From positions 618,667-682,666 of the forward strand of contig CBDFKL010000006.1 of the NCBI GenBank assembly GCA_965248825.1: a DNA stretch of 64,000 nucleotides, read 5' to 3'. The notes under the pieces are model-generated. The model did not search any database. It saw only the letters and a list, made by a program, of their open reading frames with translations, and was not told the DNA's origin. The translations under genes and the position numbers were made by a program. The stretch is from Alphaproteobacteria bacterium (lineage in GTDB: Bacteria; Pseudomonadota; Alphaproteobacteria; UBA828). Below are positions 42,767 through 52,133 of the stretch, piece by piece. The first letter of the stretch is position 1. Each line of letters begins with the position of its first letter.

Positions 42767-43750
42767 CTACCCCCAGAGCGCCGCCGCCGGTGGTTCCAGA
42801 ACCGTGCGGCGGTAGCTGAGGCCCGGGTCGCGATCCTTCGCCAGCAGCAGCGGGCCGTCGAGATCGACATAGTCGGCGTGCCCGGCGAGCAGCACCGCCG
42901 GCGCCATGGCGAGCGAGGTCCCGACCATGCAGCCGACCATGATCCCAAGGCCCGCGGCCTTCGCATCGGCGATGAGCGCGAGCGCCGCGGTCAGGCCGCC
43001 CGTCTTGTCGAGCTTGACGTTGATGAGCTGATAACGGTCCTCGAGCCGCGGCAGATCGGCCGTCGTATGGCAGCTCTCGTCCGCACAGAGCGGGAGCGCG
43101 AAGTGCCGGCCGGCAAGGACCGCGTCCTCGCTTGCCGGCAGCGGTTGCTCCACCATCTCGACACCAAGAGCGCCGAATGCGGGCAGGAACTCCTTCAGCA
43201 TTGCCGCCCTCCAGCCCTCGTTCGCGTCGACGATCAGCCGCGCGTTCGGTGCATTCTCGTGGACGGCGCGGATTCGCGCGAGATCGCCCTCGCCGGTGAC
43301 CTTGAGCTTGAGCAGCGGCAGATCGGAATGGCGCGCCGCGGCACGGCCCATATTCTCCGGCGTGTCGAGGCTGAGCGTCATCGCGGTCGTGCAGGGGCGC
43401 GGCGGCGCCAACCCCGCCAGCTCCCAGGCGCGGCACCCGGATTGCTTCGCCTCCAGATCCCAGAGCGCGCAGTCGACCGCGTTGCGGGCGGCACCGGCCG
43501 GGAGCGCGTCGAGCAACGCTTCTCGGGTCAGGCCGCCTTCGATCGCCCGGCGAACGCCTTCGATCTCCTCGCGCACGCCGACCGGCGTCTCGTCATAGCG
43601 TGGATAGGGAACGGCCTCGCCGCGCCCCGTAAGACCTGCCTCCGAAAGCTCGACCACCACCGTCCGTGCTTCGGTCTTGGCACCGCGCGCGATGCGAAAC
43701 GCGCTGCGAAGCGGCCACGTCTCAAGGCGCACGGTCAGGCGCCGACGCAT
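42767..43750 (-). CDS. dgcA: N-acetyl-D-glutamate racemase / dipeptide epimerase (enolase superfamily)
   Basis: LKLKV, VDANEGW, EQP, ADES, KLDKTGG, DLDG; adjacent to the DUF1611 gene. Confidence 0.8.
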   Translation of the reverse strand: MRRRLTVRLETWPLRSAFRIARGAKTEARTVVVELSEAGLTGRGEAVPYPRYDETPVGVREEIEGVRRAIEGGLTREALLDALPAGAARNAVDCALWDLEAKQSGCRAWELAGLAPPRPCTTAMTLSLDTPENMGRAAARHSDLPLLKLKVTGEGDLARIRAVHENAPNARLIVDANEGWRAAMLKEFLPAFGALGVEMVEQPLPASEDAVLAGRHFALPLCADESCHTTADLPRLEDRYQLINVKLDKTGGLTAALALIADAKAAGLGIMVGCMVGTSLAMAPAVLLAGHADYVDLDGPLLLAKDRDPGLSYRRTVLEPPAAALWG

Positions 43751-43753
43751 GGG

Positions 43754-44764
43754 CTACCCCAAGCGATCGGCGATCGGCCCGACTCCGGTGCGCACCGGAT
43801 CGACGCAGGGCAGACCGTGGGTCTCCGCCAATTCCTCGAGCAGCATGCCGGCATCCGCCGCCGCGAGTCCGTGTGTGTTGATGCTCAGACCGGCGCAAAA
43901 GACGTCGGGGTTGGTCAGCCGCGCCGCGTCGAGATTGGCTGCGATACAGGGGTCGATTTCCGGCAGCGGCCAGCCCGGCAAGCCACGCATATGGGTTCGC
44001 GTCGGCTCGTGGCAGACCACGATCGCGTCGGGCTGCGCGCCGTGGATCAGGCCCAAAGTCACGCCCGCAAACGATGGGTGAAAGAGCGATCCCTGCCCCT
44101 CGATGAGGTCCCAGTGGTCGGGATCGTTCTCCGGCGTAAGCCATTCGGTCGCACCGGAGATGAAGTCGGCGACGACCGCGTCGACCGAGACTCCCTCACC
44201 CACGATAAAGATCCCGGTTTGTCCGGTCGCGCGAAAGCTGCAGGCAACCTCGCGGCTGCGCAGTTCGGCCTCGAGCGCGAGGGTGGTGTACATCTTGCCG
44301 ACCGACGCATCGGTGCCGACCGTCAGCAAGCGCTTGCCGGCCCGGCGCACGCCCGATCCGACCGAGAACTCGCGCGACGGATGGCGCACGTCGAAAAGCC
44401 GCCGGCCCCGCGCCTCGGCCTTCTCCCGGATCGGCCCAACGTCGCTGAGCCGCGCATGAAGCCCGCTCGCGAGATCGAGGCCCGCGTCGAGCGCGGCCAG
44501 GAGTGTCGCGATCCAGCTCTCCCCGATCACCCCGCCCCGGTTGGCCACGCCGATGATCAGGCTCTTGGCCCCCTGGGCCGCGGCTTCCTCGACCGTCATG
44601 TCGGGAAGATCGAGGCGTGCGTTGCACCCCTCCAGCCTGAGCTGCCCGAGACACCAATCGGGCCGCCAGGCGAAGACTCCACGGGCGGTCTTGGCGGCGA
44701 GATCGTCGCGCGCATCACCGAGAAAGAGCAGGTAGGGTGAATCGATCTGCGGACGCGCGTTCAT
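43754..44764 (-). CDS. dgcN: D-glutamate N-acetyltransferase (DUF1611 family)
   Basis: PYLLFLGD, AKTARG, VGTDASVGKMYT, ATGQTGI, EGQGSLFHP. Confidence 0.85.
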   Translation of the reverse strand: MNARPQIDSPYLLFLGDARDDLAAKTARGVFAWRPDWCLGQLRLEGCNARLDLPDMTVEEAAAQGAKSLIIGVANRGGVIGESWIATLLAALDAGLDLASGLHARLSDVGPIREKAEARGRRLFDVRHPSREFSVGSGVRRAGKRLLTVGTDASVGKMYTTLALEAELRSREVACSFRATGQTGIFIVGEGVSVDAVVADFISGATEWLTPENDPDHWDLIEGQGSLFHPSFAGVTLGLIHGAQPDAIVVCHEPTRTHMRGLPGWPLPEIDPCIAANLDAARLTNPDVFCAGLSINTHGLAAADAGMLLEELAETHGLPCVDPVRTGVGPIADRLG

Positions 44765-44899
44765 GCCTCTCCCTTCTTCACGCTTTTCCCAAGTCTGGCG
44801 AGTCGTGCGCGCGGCTGCAAGGATCGGCGCTTGCGCTTGATCCGGGCGAGCGCGACGGGCTAGGGTGCGCCGCTTTCGCCTGAGGCGCCGCGGATCGTC

Positions 44900-45922
44900 A
44901 TGCGAGTCGTATCGGATTTTATCGAGCTGATCGGAAAGACGCCGCTGGTTCGCCTGCGCGGCGCCTCCGAGGCGACCGGCTGCGAGATCCTCGGCAAATG
45001 CGAATTCCTGAACCCGGGCGGATCGGTCAAGGACCGAGCTGCGCTCTACATCGTGCGCGATGCCGAGCAACGAGGTCAGTTGGGACCCGGCGGGACCATC
45101 GTCGAAGGCACCGCCGGCAATACCGGCATCGGCCTTGCGCTCGTCGGCAATGCCCTCGGCTACCGTTCGGTGATCGTGATCCCGGAGACCCAGAGCCAGG
45201 AAAAGAAGGAGATGTTGCGGCTCTGTGGCGCCGAGCTGATCGAGGTGCCGGCGGTGCCCTACCGGGACCCCGACAACTATGTGAAATATTCGGGACGGCT
45301 TGCCGCCGAGCTTGCCGAGAAGGAGCCGAACGGGGCGATCTGGGCCAATCAGTTCGACAATGTGGCCAATCGCCGGGCCCATGTCGAAACGACCGGGCCT
45401 GAGATTTGGGAGCAGACCGAGGGCAAGGTCGACGGCTTCATCTGCGCGGTCGGGACCGGCGGCACCCTCGCCGGCGTCGGCATGGCGCTCAAGGAACGGA
45501 AGCCCTCCGTCGTGATCGGCCTCGCCGACCCGATGGGCGCCGCGCTCTACAATTACTATGCCCATGGCGAGCTGAAGGCGGAGGGCGATTCGATCACCGA
45601 GGGGATCGGTCAGGGCCGGGTCACCGCGAATCTCGAGGAAGCGCCAATCGACGTGCCGTTCCAGATCCCGGACGCGGAGGCACTGCCCGTGATCTTCGAT
45701 CTGGCGCAGAACGAAGGCCACCTCATGGGCGGCTCGACCGGAATCAACGTCGCCGGCGCGATCCGGCTGGCGAGGCATATGGGACCCGGCCACACCATCG
45801 TCACCGTGCTCTGCGACTACGGGACGCGCTATTTCAGCAAGCTCTACAATCCCGCGTTCCTGCGCGAGCGCGGCCTGCCGGTACCACCGTGGCTCGATGA
45901 CGCCCGTGATGCCGCCGACTGA
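44900..45922 (+). CDS. cysK: Cysteine synthase A family (PLP)
   Basis: NPGGSVKDR, EGTAGNTG, GTGGT, ITEGIGQG. Confidence 0.92.
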   Translation: MRVVSDFIELIGKTPLVRLRGASEATGCEILGKCEFLNPGGSVKDRAALYIVRDAEQRGQLGPGGTIVEGTAGNTGIGLALVGNALGYRSVIVIPETQSQEKKEMLRLCGAELIEVPAVPYRDPDNYVKYSGRLAAELAEKEPNGAIWANQFDNVANRRAHVETTGPEIWEQTEGKVDGFICAVGTGGTLAGVGMALKERKPSVVIGLADPMGAALYNYYAHGELKAEGDSITEGIGQGRVTANLEEAPIDVPFQIPDAEALPVIFDLAQNEGHLMGGSTGINVAGAIRLARHMGPGHTIVTVLCDYGTRYFSKLYNPAFLRERGLPVPPWLDDARDAAD

Positions 45923-46631
45923 GGCCCTGTTTCGGGCCGAGCCCTATACGCGCACCTGCGAGGCCCGGATCAGCGCGGCGGAGCAAGGTGCGGTTCGGCT
46001 GGACCGAACGATCTTCTATCCGGAGGGCGGCGGCCAACCCGGCGATACCGGTCTCCTGCGCGGCGAAGACGGCACCACGCTCACGATCCGAGACACGCGA
46101 AAGGGCGCGGCGGCCGATGACATCATTCATCTGCTTGATTCGGACGCGGAGCCGCCTGCGCCGGGAGACCGCGTGGTCGCGATACTCGATTGGGAGCGCC
46201 GCCATCGGCACATGCGCATGCATAGCTGCCTGCATCTGCTCAGCGCGGTGGTCGACGCGCCGGTGACCGGCGGCCAATTGACGGCGGAGAAAGGCCGGCT
46301 CGATTTCGACCTCGAGGCGCAGCGCTTGGACAAGACGGCCATCGAGGAACAGCTCAACGCGCTCATCGCACGGGACCTGCCGGTGATGCCGCGTTGGATC
46401 AGCGATCGGGAGCTCGCGGCGCAGCCGGAGCTGGTGAAGACCATGAGAGTAAAGCCGCCGGTGGGTCACGGCCGCGTCAGGCTGATCGACATCGAGGGAA
46501 TCGACCTTCAGCCCTGCGGCGGCACCCATGTCGCTCGAACCGGCGAGATCGGGCCGGTCATGGTTCGAAAAATCGAGAACAAGGGCAAGCACAACCGGCG
46601 CGTCACCATTGCGTTCAAGGATCCGTCATGA
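45897..46631 (+). CDS. AlaX-type free-standing alanyl-tRNA editing protein
   Basis: FYPEGGGQPGD, RMHSCLH (HxxxH), QPCGGTH (CxxxH); start may be 45909. Confidence 0.9.
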   Translation: MTPVMPPTEALFRAEPYTRTCEARISAAEQGAVRLDRTIFYPEGGGQPGDTGLLRGEDGTTLTIRDTRKGAAADDIIHLLDSDAEPPAPGDRVVAILDWERRHRHMRMHSCLHLLSAVVDAPVTGGQLTAEKGRLDFDLEAQRLDKTAIEEQLNALIARDLPVMPRWISDRELAAQPELVKTMRVKPPVGHGRVRLIDIEGIDLQPCGGTHVARTGEIGPVMVRKIENKGKHNRRVTIAFKDPS

Positions 46632-47494
46632 GCGCCGAGGAGACGCCGCTTCTGGTGACGCCCGCCTGGCTTGCCGCGCACACCGGCGGCGACCACCCGG
46701 TCCGAATCCTCGACGGCTCCTGGCATATGCCGACGGCGGCGCGCGAGCCCGGCGCCGAGTTTCAGGAGGCCTGCATCCCGGGCGCCGCCTTCTTCGACAT
46801 CGACCGGATCTGCGATCCGGAATCGGCGCTACCACATATGCTGCCGCCGCCCGATCTGTTCGCGCGCGGCGTCGCCGCCCTGGGGATCAGCAACCGATCG
46901 CACGTCGTGGTCTACGACACCATGGGGCTCTATAGCGCGGCGCGCGTGTGGTGGATGTTCCGCGTATTCGGCCATCAGGCCGTATCGGTCCTCGCCGGCG
47001 GCTTGCCGCGCTGGCTGGCGGAAGGACATCCGGTCGAGAGCGGAGAGACCGCAATCAAACCCGCCGACTTCACGGCGGAACGCCACGACGCGCTCGTCCG
47101 TTCCTTCGAGCAGGTCGGTGCGAGTGTCGCCGAGAGGAGCGCGCAAATCGTCGACGCCCGCTCGGCAGGTCGTTTCGCGGGCACCGATCCCGGGCCGAGG
47201 CCCGACCTGGCGAAAGGCCATATTCCGGGCAGCCGCAACGTGCCCTTCGCCGCGGTTCTCGACGGCGATGGCGCGACGCTGGGCGAGACTGCAGCGATCC
47301 GCCGCGTTTTCGCCGAGGCCGGTGTCGACCCCGCGCGCCCGGTCATCACGACCTGCGGCTCGGGCATTACCGCGTGCACACTCGCTCTCGCTCTCGCCGC
47401 GATCGGTGCGGAGGACGTCGCCGTCTATGACGGCTCCTGGACCGAGTGGGGCGGGCGGGCGGACGCGCCGGTCGAGACCGGCGCGATGTCGTAG
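46628..47494 (+). CDS. sseA: 3-mercaptopyruvate sulfurtransferase
   Basis: LPHMLP, SAARVWW, DARS, GHIPG, TCGSGITA, YDGSWTEW. Confidence 0.93.
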   Translation: MSAEETPLLVTPAWLAAHTGGDHPVRILDGSWHMPTAAREPGAEFQEACIPGAAFFDIDRICDPESALPHMLPPPDLFARGVAALGISNRSHVVVYDTMGLYSAARVWWMFRVFGHQAVSVLAGGLPRWLAEGHPVESGETAIKPADFTAERHDALVRSFEQVGASVAERSAQIVDARSAGRFAGTDPGPRPDLAKGHIPGSRNVPFAAVLDGDGATLGETAAIRRVFAEAGVDPARPVITTCGSGITACTLALALAAIGAEDVAVYDGSWTEWGGRADAPVETGAMS

Positions 47495-47507
47495 GCGGCA
47501 CCGGCCG

Positions 47508-48467
47508 ATGCGGCGGCGAGGACTTGGCTCGACCATCGCGATCATTCTGATGACGGCGCTGGCGCTGTCAGCGGCCGGCCAAGCTTCGGCGAGTGAGCCG
47601 GTGCCTGATCCGTTGTCGGGCGACGTGATCGGGAAGGTCGGTTCGCTGGTCACATCCTACGAGGATACGCTGCTCGATATCGCACGGGACAACGGCCTCG
47701 GCTATGTCGAGATGATCGCGGCCAACCCCGGCGTCGACCCGTGGCTCCCCGGCGAGCGTACCCGGATCGTCTTGCCGACCGCGCATATTCTCCCGGATGT
47801 CGAGCGGCTGGGCCTGGTCGTCAACCTGGCCGAGCATCGCCTCTACTATTTCGGCCCTCCCGGTACCCCACCGATGACCTTCCCGATGGGGGTTGGCATG
47901 GAAGGCTGGTCAACCCCTCTCGGCAGCACCGAAATTGCGCGCAAGAAAGAACGGCCGATCTGGTTCCCGCCGGACTCGATCCGGGCCGAGACACCGGGCT
48001 TGCCCGCCGCCGTTCCGCCAGGTCCCGACAATCCCCTCGGCAGCCATGCGCTTTATTTCGACTGGCCCAACTATCTGATCCACGGCACCAATGATCCATG
48101 GGGAATCGGGCGCCGGGTGAGCCACGGGTGTATCCGCCTCTATCCCGAGGATATCGTGCGATTGTTCCAGATGGTCGAGCTCGGCACGCCGGTCAACGTC
48201 ATCGATCAAGCCATAAAAATCGGCTGGTCGGGCGGCGAGCTCTATGTCGAGGCACATCCCGATCCCAGGCAGGCGGACGATCTGGAAAGGACCGGGCGCG
48301 TCGCGCACCCCGCCGAACGCCCGCTTGCCGATGTCTTCTACCGGATCAAGGCTCGAGCGGGAACCGATCAGGATCGGCTGGATTGGCGCAGGATTCGACG
48401 CATCGTCGAGAAACGATCCGGCGTTCCGGTCCGGGTAACCGGAGATCGACCCGCGACCGCGAGCTAG
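47508..48467 (+). CDS. L,D-transpeptidase (ErfK/YbiS/YcfS/YnhG type)
   Basis: Signal peptide, ANPGVDPWLP, GPDNPLG, IHGTN...VSHGCIRL, YkuD C-terminal extension. Confidence 0.92.
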   Translation: MRRRGLGSTIAIILMTALALSAAGQASASEPVPDPLSGDVIGKVGSLVTSYEDTLLDIARDNGLGYVEMIAANPGVDPWLPGERTRIVLPTAHILPDVERLGLVVNLAEHRLYYFGPPGTPPMTFPMGVGMEGWSTPLGSTEIARKKERPIWFPPDSIRAETPGLPAAVPPGPDNPLGSHALYFDWPNYLIHGTNDPWGIGRRVSHGCIRLYPEDIVRLFQMVELGTPVNVIDQAIKIGWSGGELYVEAHPDPRQADDLERTGRVAHPAERPLADVFYRIKARAGTDQDRLDWRRIRRIVEKRSGVPVRVTGDRPATAS

Positions 48468-48505
48468 CGCGACCGGAAGGCTCGCCGGAACGGTCCGCGA
48501 CTCTG

Positions 48506-48859
48506 CTACTTTCGCATTTTCTTCTGGAAGATACGGTCCGCCTTGTCGGCGGCGGCCCGCGCCGCCTCAGCCGCTTCTTCGGCCGCCTGCGCTGCACGCT
48601 CGGCCGCATCCGCAGCGGCCTGCGCGTTGCGATTGGCCTCGGCGATCTCACTTCTCAGCTCGCGCAGACCAATCATGGCCCGGCTGCCCGTATCCCTGGC
48701 GTCTTTGGCGATCGCCATCGCCTCGCCGGCGGCCTCCATCGCTCCGCTGCCGGACGCGGTCGCTGAGCCGCTGTCGGTCGCCGCAGTTTGACAACCGACC
48801 GCGACAGCCAGCGGAAGGGCGACGATAAGTACCCGCGACGCCAATGATCTGGTGAGCAT
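48506..48859 (-). CDS. Lpp/OprI-like alanine-zipper lipoprotein
   Basis: Lipobox AVGC, Ala-rich coiled coil, C-terminal ADRIFQKKMRK. Confidence 0.75.
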   Translation of the reverse strand: MLTRSLASRVLIVALPLAVAVGCQTAATDSGSATASGSGAMEAAGEAMAIAKDARDTGSRAMIGLRELRSEIAEANRNAQAAADAAERAAQAAEEAAEAARAAADKADRIFQKKMRK

Positions 48860-48963
48860 TGCCTCCTCCTGACTCCACGAATCGTGCGGGGAGTTGAGTG
48901 GATTCGCCGAAGGGTGTCAAGGAAATGTCGGCCGGACCGTCCGGCGGAGGGCGGGGCCAACCG

Positions 48964-49863
48964 TCACCGAGGGCTCTGCGGCCAGCGCCGATGTAGCCAG
49001 AGCCATTGCTCGGGTCGCTCGCGGATCCAGCCTTCGAGCGTGAGATTAATGTCGGTCATGATCGCGCGGATGTTCTCGTCTCGCGTGCCGTCGCGCCGAA
49101 TGGCGAGCTTGGGGAATACGGTGATGCGAAAGCGGACGCCGGCGAGCCGCTCGACCCGAACAGGCCAAACGGGGCAGTCATATTTCAGCGCAAGCGATGC
49201 CAAAGCGGGCGTCGTCATGGCGTCGCGGCCGAAGAACGAGACCGGAACACCGCCGTTGAATTTCTGGTCCACCAGGAGAGCGAGGTGCTTGCCCGCCTTG
49301 AGCGTACGCACCATATCGCGCGCGCCGGCGGCGCCTTTCGGAACGCGGTGCCGCGCGACCGTACCCCTGGAGCGCCAGATCAACCGATCAACGATCGGGT
49401 TGTTCGGCGCCCTGTAGACGAGGGCGACGGGGATACCGCTCTGCTCGGGCGCGAGCGCGGCCACCTCCCAATTGCCGACATGGCCGGAAAAGAAGATGCC
49501 GCCCCGCGCCGATCGTTTGGCCTCTTCGAGATGGTCGCGCCCGACCAACTCGATCCGCCCGCCCGGCGCGTCGACCGAGAAGCGGCCTAGATGCGGATAT
49601 TCCGCAGCCACGCGGCCGAGGTGACGCCACATGCGCCGGGCGCAGCGGCGAACCTCGATCGGCGAAAGCTCGGGAAACGCGCGCGCGATGTTGTCGATGC
49701 CCCGCCGGTGGACCGGGAGCATCGGCCCGATCAGACCGGCCGCCGCGGCGCCGAACGCCGAGGCCCATCTCACCGGGAGGGCCCGCAAGAATGCGAAGGC
49801 CGCAAAGGCCGCGGTGCCTTCGCACCGATAGCGCAACCGCCGCGCCCAAGACACTCTACGCAC
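48964..49863 (-). CDS. Lipid A secondary acyltransferase (LpxL/HtrB family)
   Basis: GHVGNWE, YRAPNNP, LVDQK, RPEQWLWLHRRW. Confidence 0.92.
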   Translation of the reverse strand: MRRVSWARRLRYRCEGTAAFAAFAFLRALPVRWASAFGAAAAGLIGPMLPVHRRGIDNIARAFPELSPIEVRRCARRMWRHLGRVAAEYPHLGRFSVDAPGGRIELVGRDHLEEAKRSARGGIFFSGHVGNWEVAALAPEQSGIPVALVYRAPNNPIVDRLIWRSRGTVARHRVPKGAAGARDMVRTLKAGKHLALLVDQKFNGGVPVSFFGRDAMTTPALASLALKYDCPVWPVRVERLAGVRFRITVFPKLAIRRDGTRDENIRAIMTDINLTLEGWIRERPEQWLWLHRRWPQSPR

Positions 49864-50848
49864 GGGAAAGCCGTGCCACGATCGGCTCCAATAAGGCGCG
49901 TGGTTCCGCAGGATCGCGCCATTCGAGGGTCACGGAAAGCGTCCGCACCATCGGTCTCGCTTCCCGCGGCAGCCGGACATAATCCTTCTCCGTCGTCACC
50001 GGTACCGCGTCCCGCGCGCTCGCATGTTCGACGATTTCCATGATCTCGTCCGGCCCGTAACGGTGGTGATCGGCAAAGGCATAGCGCGCGATCACCTCGC
50101 AGCCAATATCGGTGAGGGTCTCGAAAAACTTGCTCGGGCGGCCGATCCCGGCGAAGCCGACCACGGGCCGCTCTCGGAGCTCAAACGCTTCGAGCCCGGG
50201 TACCAGCGCCGCCTCGATGACCGGCAGATCGAGTCGTCCGAGCGCCGCGAGCGCGCCATATCGGTCCGGCCCGATGAGAACCAGCGCATCGGCTCGGCGC
50301 AACCCGCGCGCCAGGGACTCGCGCAACGGGCCGGCCGGCAAGCGGCGGCCGTTGCCGAACCCGGCTCCTCCATCGACGACCGCGAGCGAGAGATCCTTTA
50401 CCAAGCTCGGCGTTTGCAGACCGTCGTCCATCACCACGAGATCCGCGCCCGCCGCGGCCGCCGCCGCGGCGCCTGCCGGCCGATCGCGGGAGAGCCAGGT
50501 CGGCCCCGCTGCCGCGAGCAGCAACGCTTCGTCACCAACCGCCCGCGCGTCGTGCCGGGCGGGATCGACCCGCAAAGGGCCGCGCTCGCGCCCGCCATAA
50601 CCGCGGGTCAAGAGGTGGGTTTTGATGCCATCCTGCGCGAGCAGACCGGCGAGGGCCAGAACGGTCGGCGTCTTGCCCGCGCCGCCCGCCGTGAAATTGC
50701 CGACGCAGAGCACCGGGAGAGCGGCACGCGCCGGCCGGATCAGGCCGTTGCGGACTTGCGTGGCGAACTCATAGGCCCAGGACACGGGAGTGAGCGCAGC
50801 GGCGGCGATCCCGCCGCGCTCAGGCGCCCAAAACTCCGGTGCGCGCAT
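49856..50848 (-). CDS. lpxK: Tetraacyldisaccharide 4'-kinase
   Basis: VGNFTAGGAGKTP, RGYGG, GDE, MDDGLQ, PAGPLRE, TTEKD. Confidence 0.95.
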   Translation of the reverse strand: MRAPEFWAPERGGIAAAALTPVSWAYEFATQVRNGLIRPARAALPVLCVGNFTAGGAGKTPTVLALAGLLAQDGIKTHLLTRGYGGRERGPLRVDPARHDARAVGDEALLLAAAGPTWLSRDRPAGAAAAAAAGADLVVMDDGLQTPSLVKDLSLAVVDGGAGFGNGRRLPAGPLRESLARGLRRADALVLIGPDRYGALAALGRLDLPVIEAALVPGLEAFELRERPVVGFAGIGRPSKFFETLTDIGCEVIARYAFADHHRYGPDEIMEIVEHASARDAVPVTTEKDYVRLPREARPMVRTLSVTLEWRDPAEPRALLEPIVARLSRA

Positions 50849-52133
50849 CGGAACCGTGCGCTCCAAGATGCTCGCAAATCAGGCCGAGCACGGCCTCCAC
50901 CGCCCCTCCCAGCCTGTGGGCGGCCTCGCTGGCGGCAATCCGCCGACGCTTTCGGGCGGTCTCGTCTTCGAGCAATACGCTTACTTCTTGGGCAAGCTCC
51001 CTTGCGTTGGCTACCCGACCGACCGCGCCGGCATCTTCCAGCGCAGCATAGGCCTCCGCGAAATTCTCCGTCGACGGTCCGGTCACGATCGCGCAGTCGA
51101 GCCGCGCCGGCTCCAGCGGGTTATGGCCGCCATGGGGCGCGAGCGAACCGCCGACCAACGCGATCTCGGCCAGGCGGTAGACCAAGCCGAGCTCGCCAAG
51201 CGTATCTGCGAGATAAACGGCCGTCTCGGAGGTGATCGCCATATTCTGCGAGCGCCGGGCAGTGGCGAGGCCACGGTTGCGGAAGAGATCGGTGACCTCC
51301 GCACCACGCTCCGGGTGGCGCGGGACGATGATCGCCAGGAGATCGGGGAATGCCTCGCGCAGCGACCGATGCGCCTCGGCGACGATCGCCTCTTCGCCGT
51401 CATGGGTGCTCGCCGCGATCCAGCAGCGCCGCCCGGCGATCGCCCGGCGCAGCGCTGCCAAGAGCTTCTCATCCGCCGGCAAAGGCGGCGCGTCGCTCTT
51501 GAGGTTGCCGCGGACGGCGACATGGCTCGCGCCGAGCGCCCTGAAGCGCTCCGCGTCGGACTCGGTCTGCGCCAACACGCAGGTGAAGCTGTCGAGCAGC
51601 GGCCGGATCAAGCGCGGCACCCGCCGCCAGCGGGCGGCCGAACGGCCCGACATGCGCGCGTTGATCAGAAGCATCGGCACGCCGCGCGCCGCGGTCTCGA
51701 GGACGAGATTGGGCCACAGTTCCGACTCCACCCAGACGGCCAGATCGGGTTGCCAGTGACCGACGAAACGCCGGACCGCGCTCAGCCGGTCGACCGGCGC
51801 GTATTGGTGCAGAGCGCCGGGCGGGAGCCGTTGCCGCAGGAGCTGCGCCGAGGTGACGGTGCCAGACGTGACCAGGACCTGAACATCGGGAAACTTCGCG
51901 CGCATGTGGGCGATAAGCGGCAGTAATGAGGCGCCCTCACCGACGCTGGCGCCGTGCATCCAAACCAGGCGCCCGGCCGGTCTCGGCAAGCTCGCCCGCC
52001 CGAGCCGCTCGCCGAAGCGCGTTTCGTCTTCTTTGCCTTTGCGCCGCCGGTGGGCGAGCCAGGCATGGGTGATCGGTGCGGCGAGCACGCTTGCGCCGCG
52101 ATAGGCGCGCGGCGTGACCAGGGTCGTGATCAT
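50820..52133 (-). CDS. waaA: Kdo transferase
   Basis: WMHGASVGE, ESELWP, NARMS, ASTH, PRHPER, GGHNPLEPA. Confidence 0.95.
   Translation of the reverse strand: MITTLVTPRAYRGASVLAAPITHAWLAHRRRKGKEDETRFGERLGRASLPRPAGRLVWMHGASVGEGASLLPLIAHMRAKFPDVQVLVTSGTVTSAQLLRQRLPPGALHQYAPVDRLSAVRRFVGHWQPDLAVWVESELWPNLVLETAARGVPMLLINARMSGRSAARWRRVPRLIRPLLDSFTCVLAQTESDAERFRALGASHVAVRGNLKSDAPPLPADEKLLAALRRAIAGRRCWIAASTHDGEEAIVAEAHRSLREAFPDLLAIIVPRHPERGAEVTDLFRNRGLATARRSQNMAITSETAVYLADTLGELGLVYRLAEIALVGGSLAPHGGHNPLEPARLDCAIVTGPSTENFAEAYAALEDAGAVGRVANARELAQEVSVLLEDETARKRRRIAASEAAHRLGGAVEAVLGLICEHLGAHGSDARTGVLGA

Noticed and set aside
38653-44740. Very long plus-strand ORFs (38653-40452, 40319-42721, 42878-44740) and similar antisense ORFs elsewhere
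   Set aside because: They are shadows of well-recognised minus-strand genes, expected from high-GC codon bias, and carry no family motifs.
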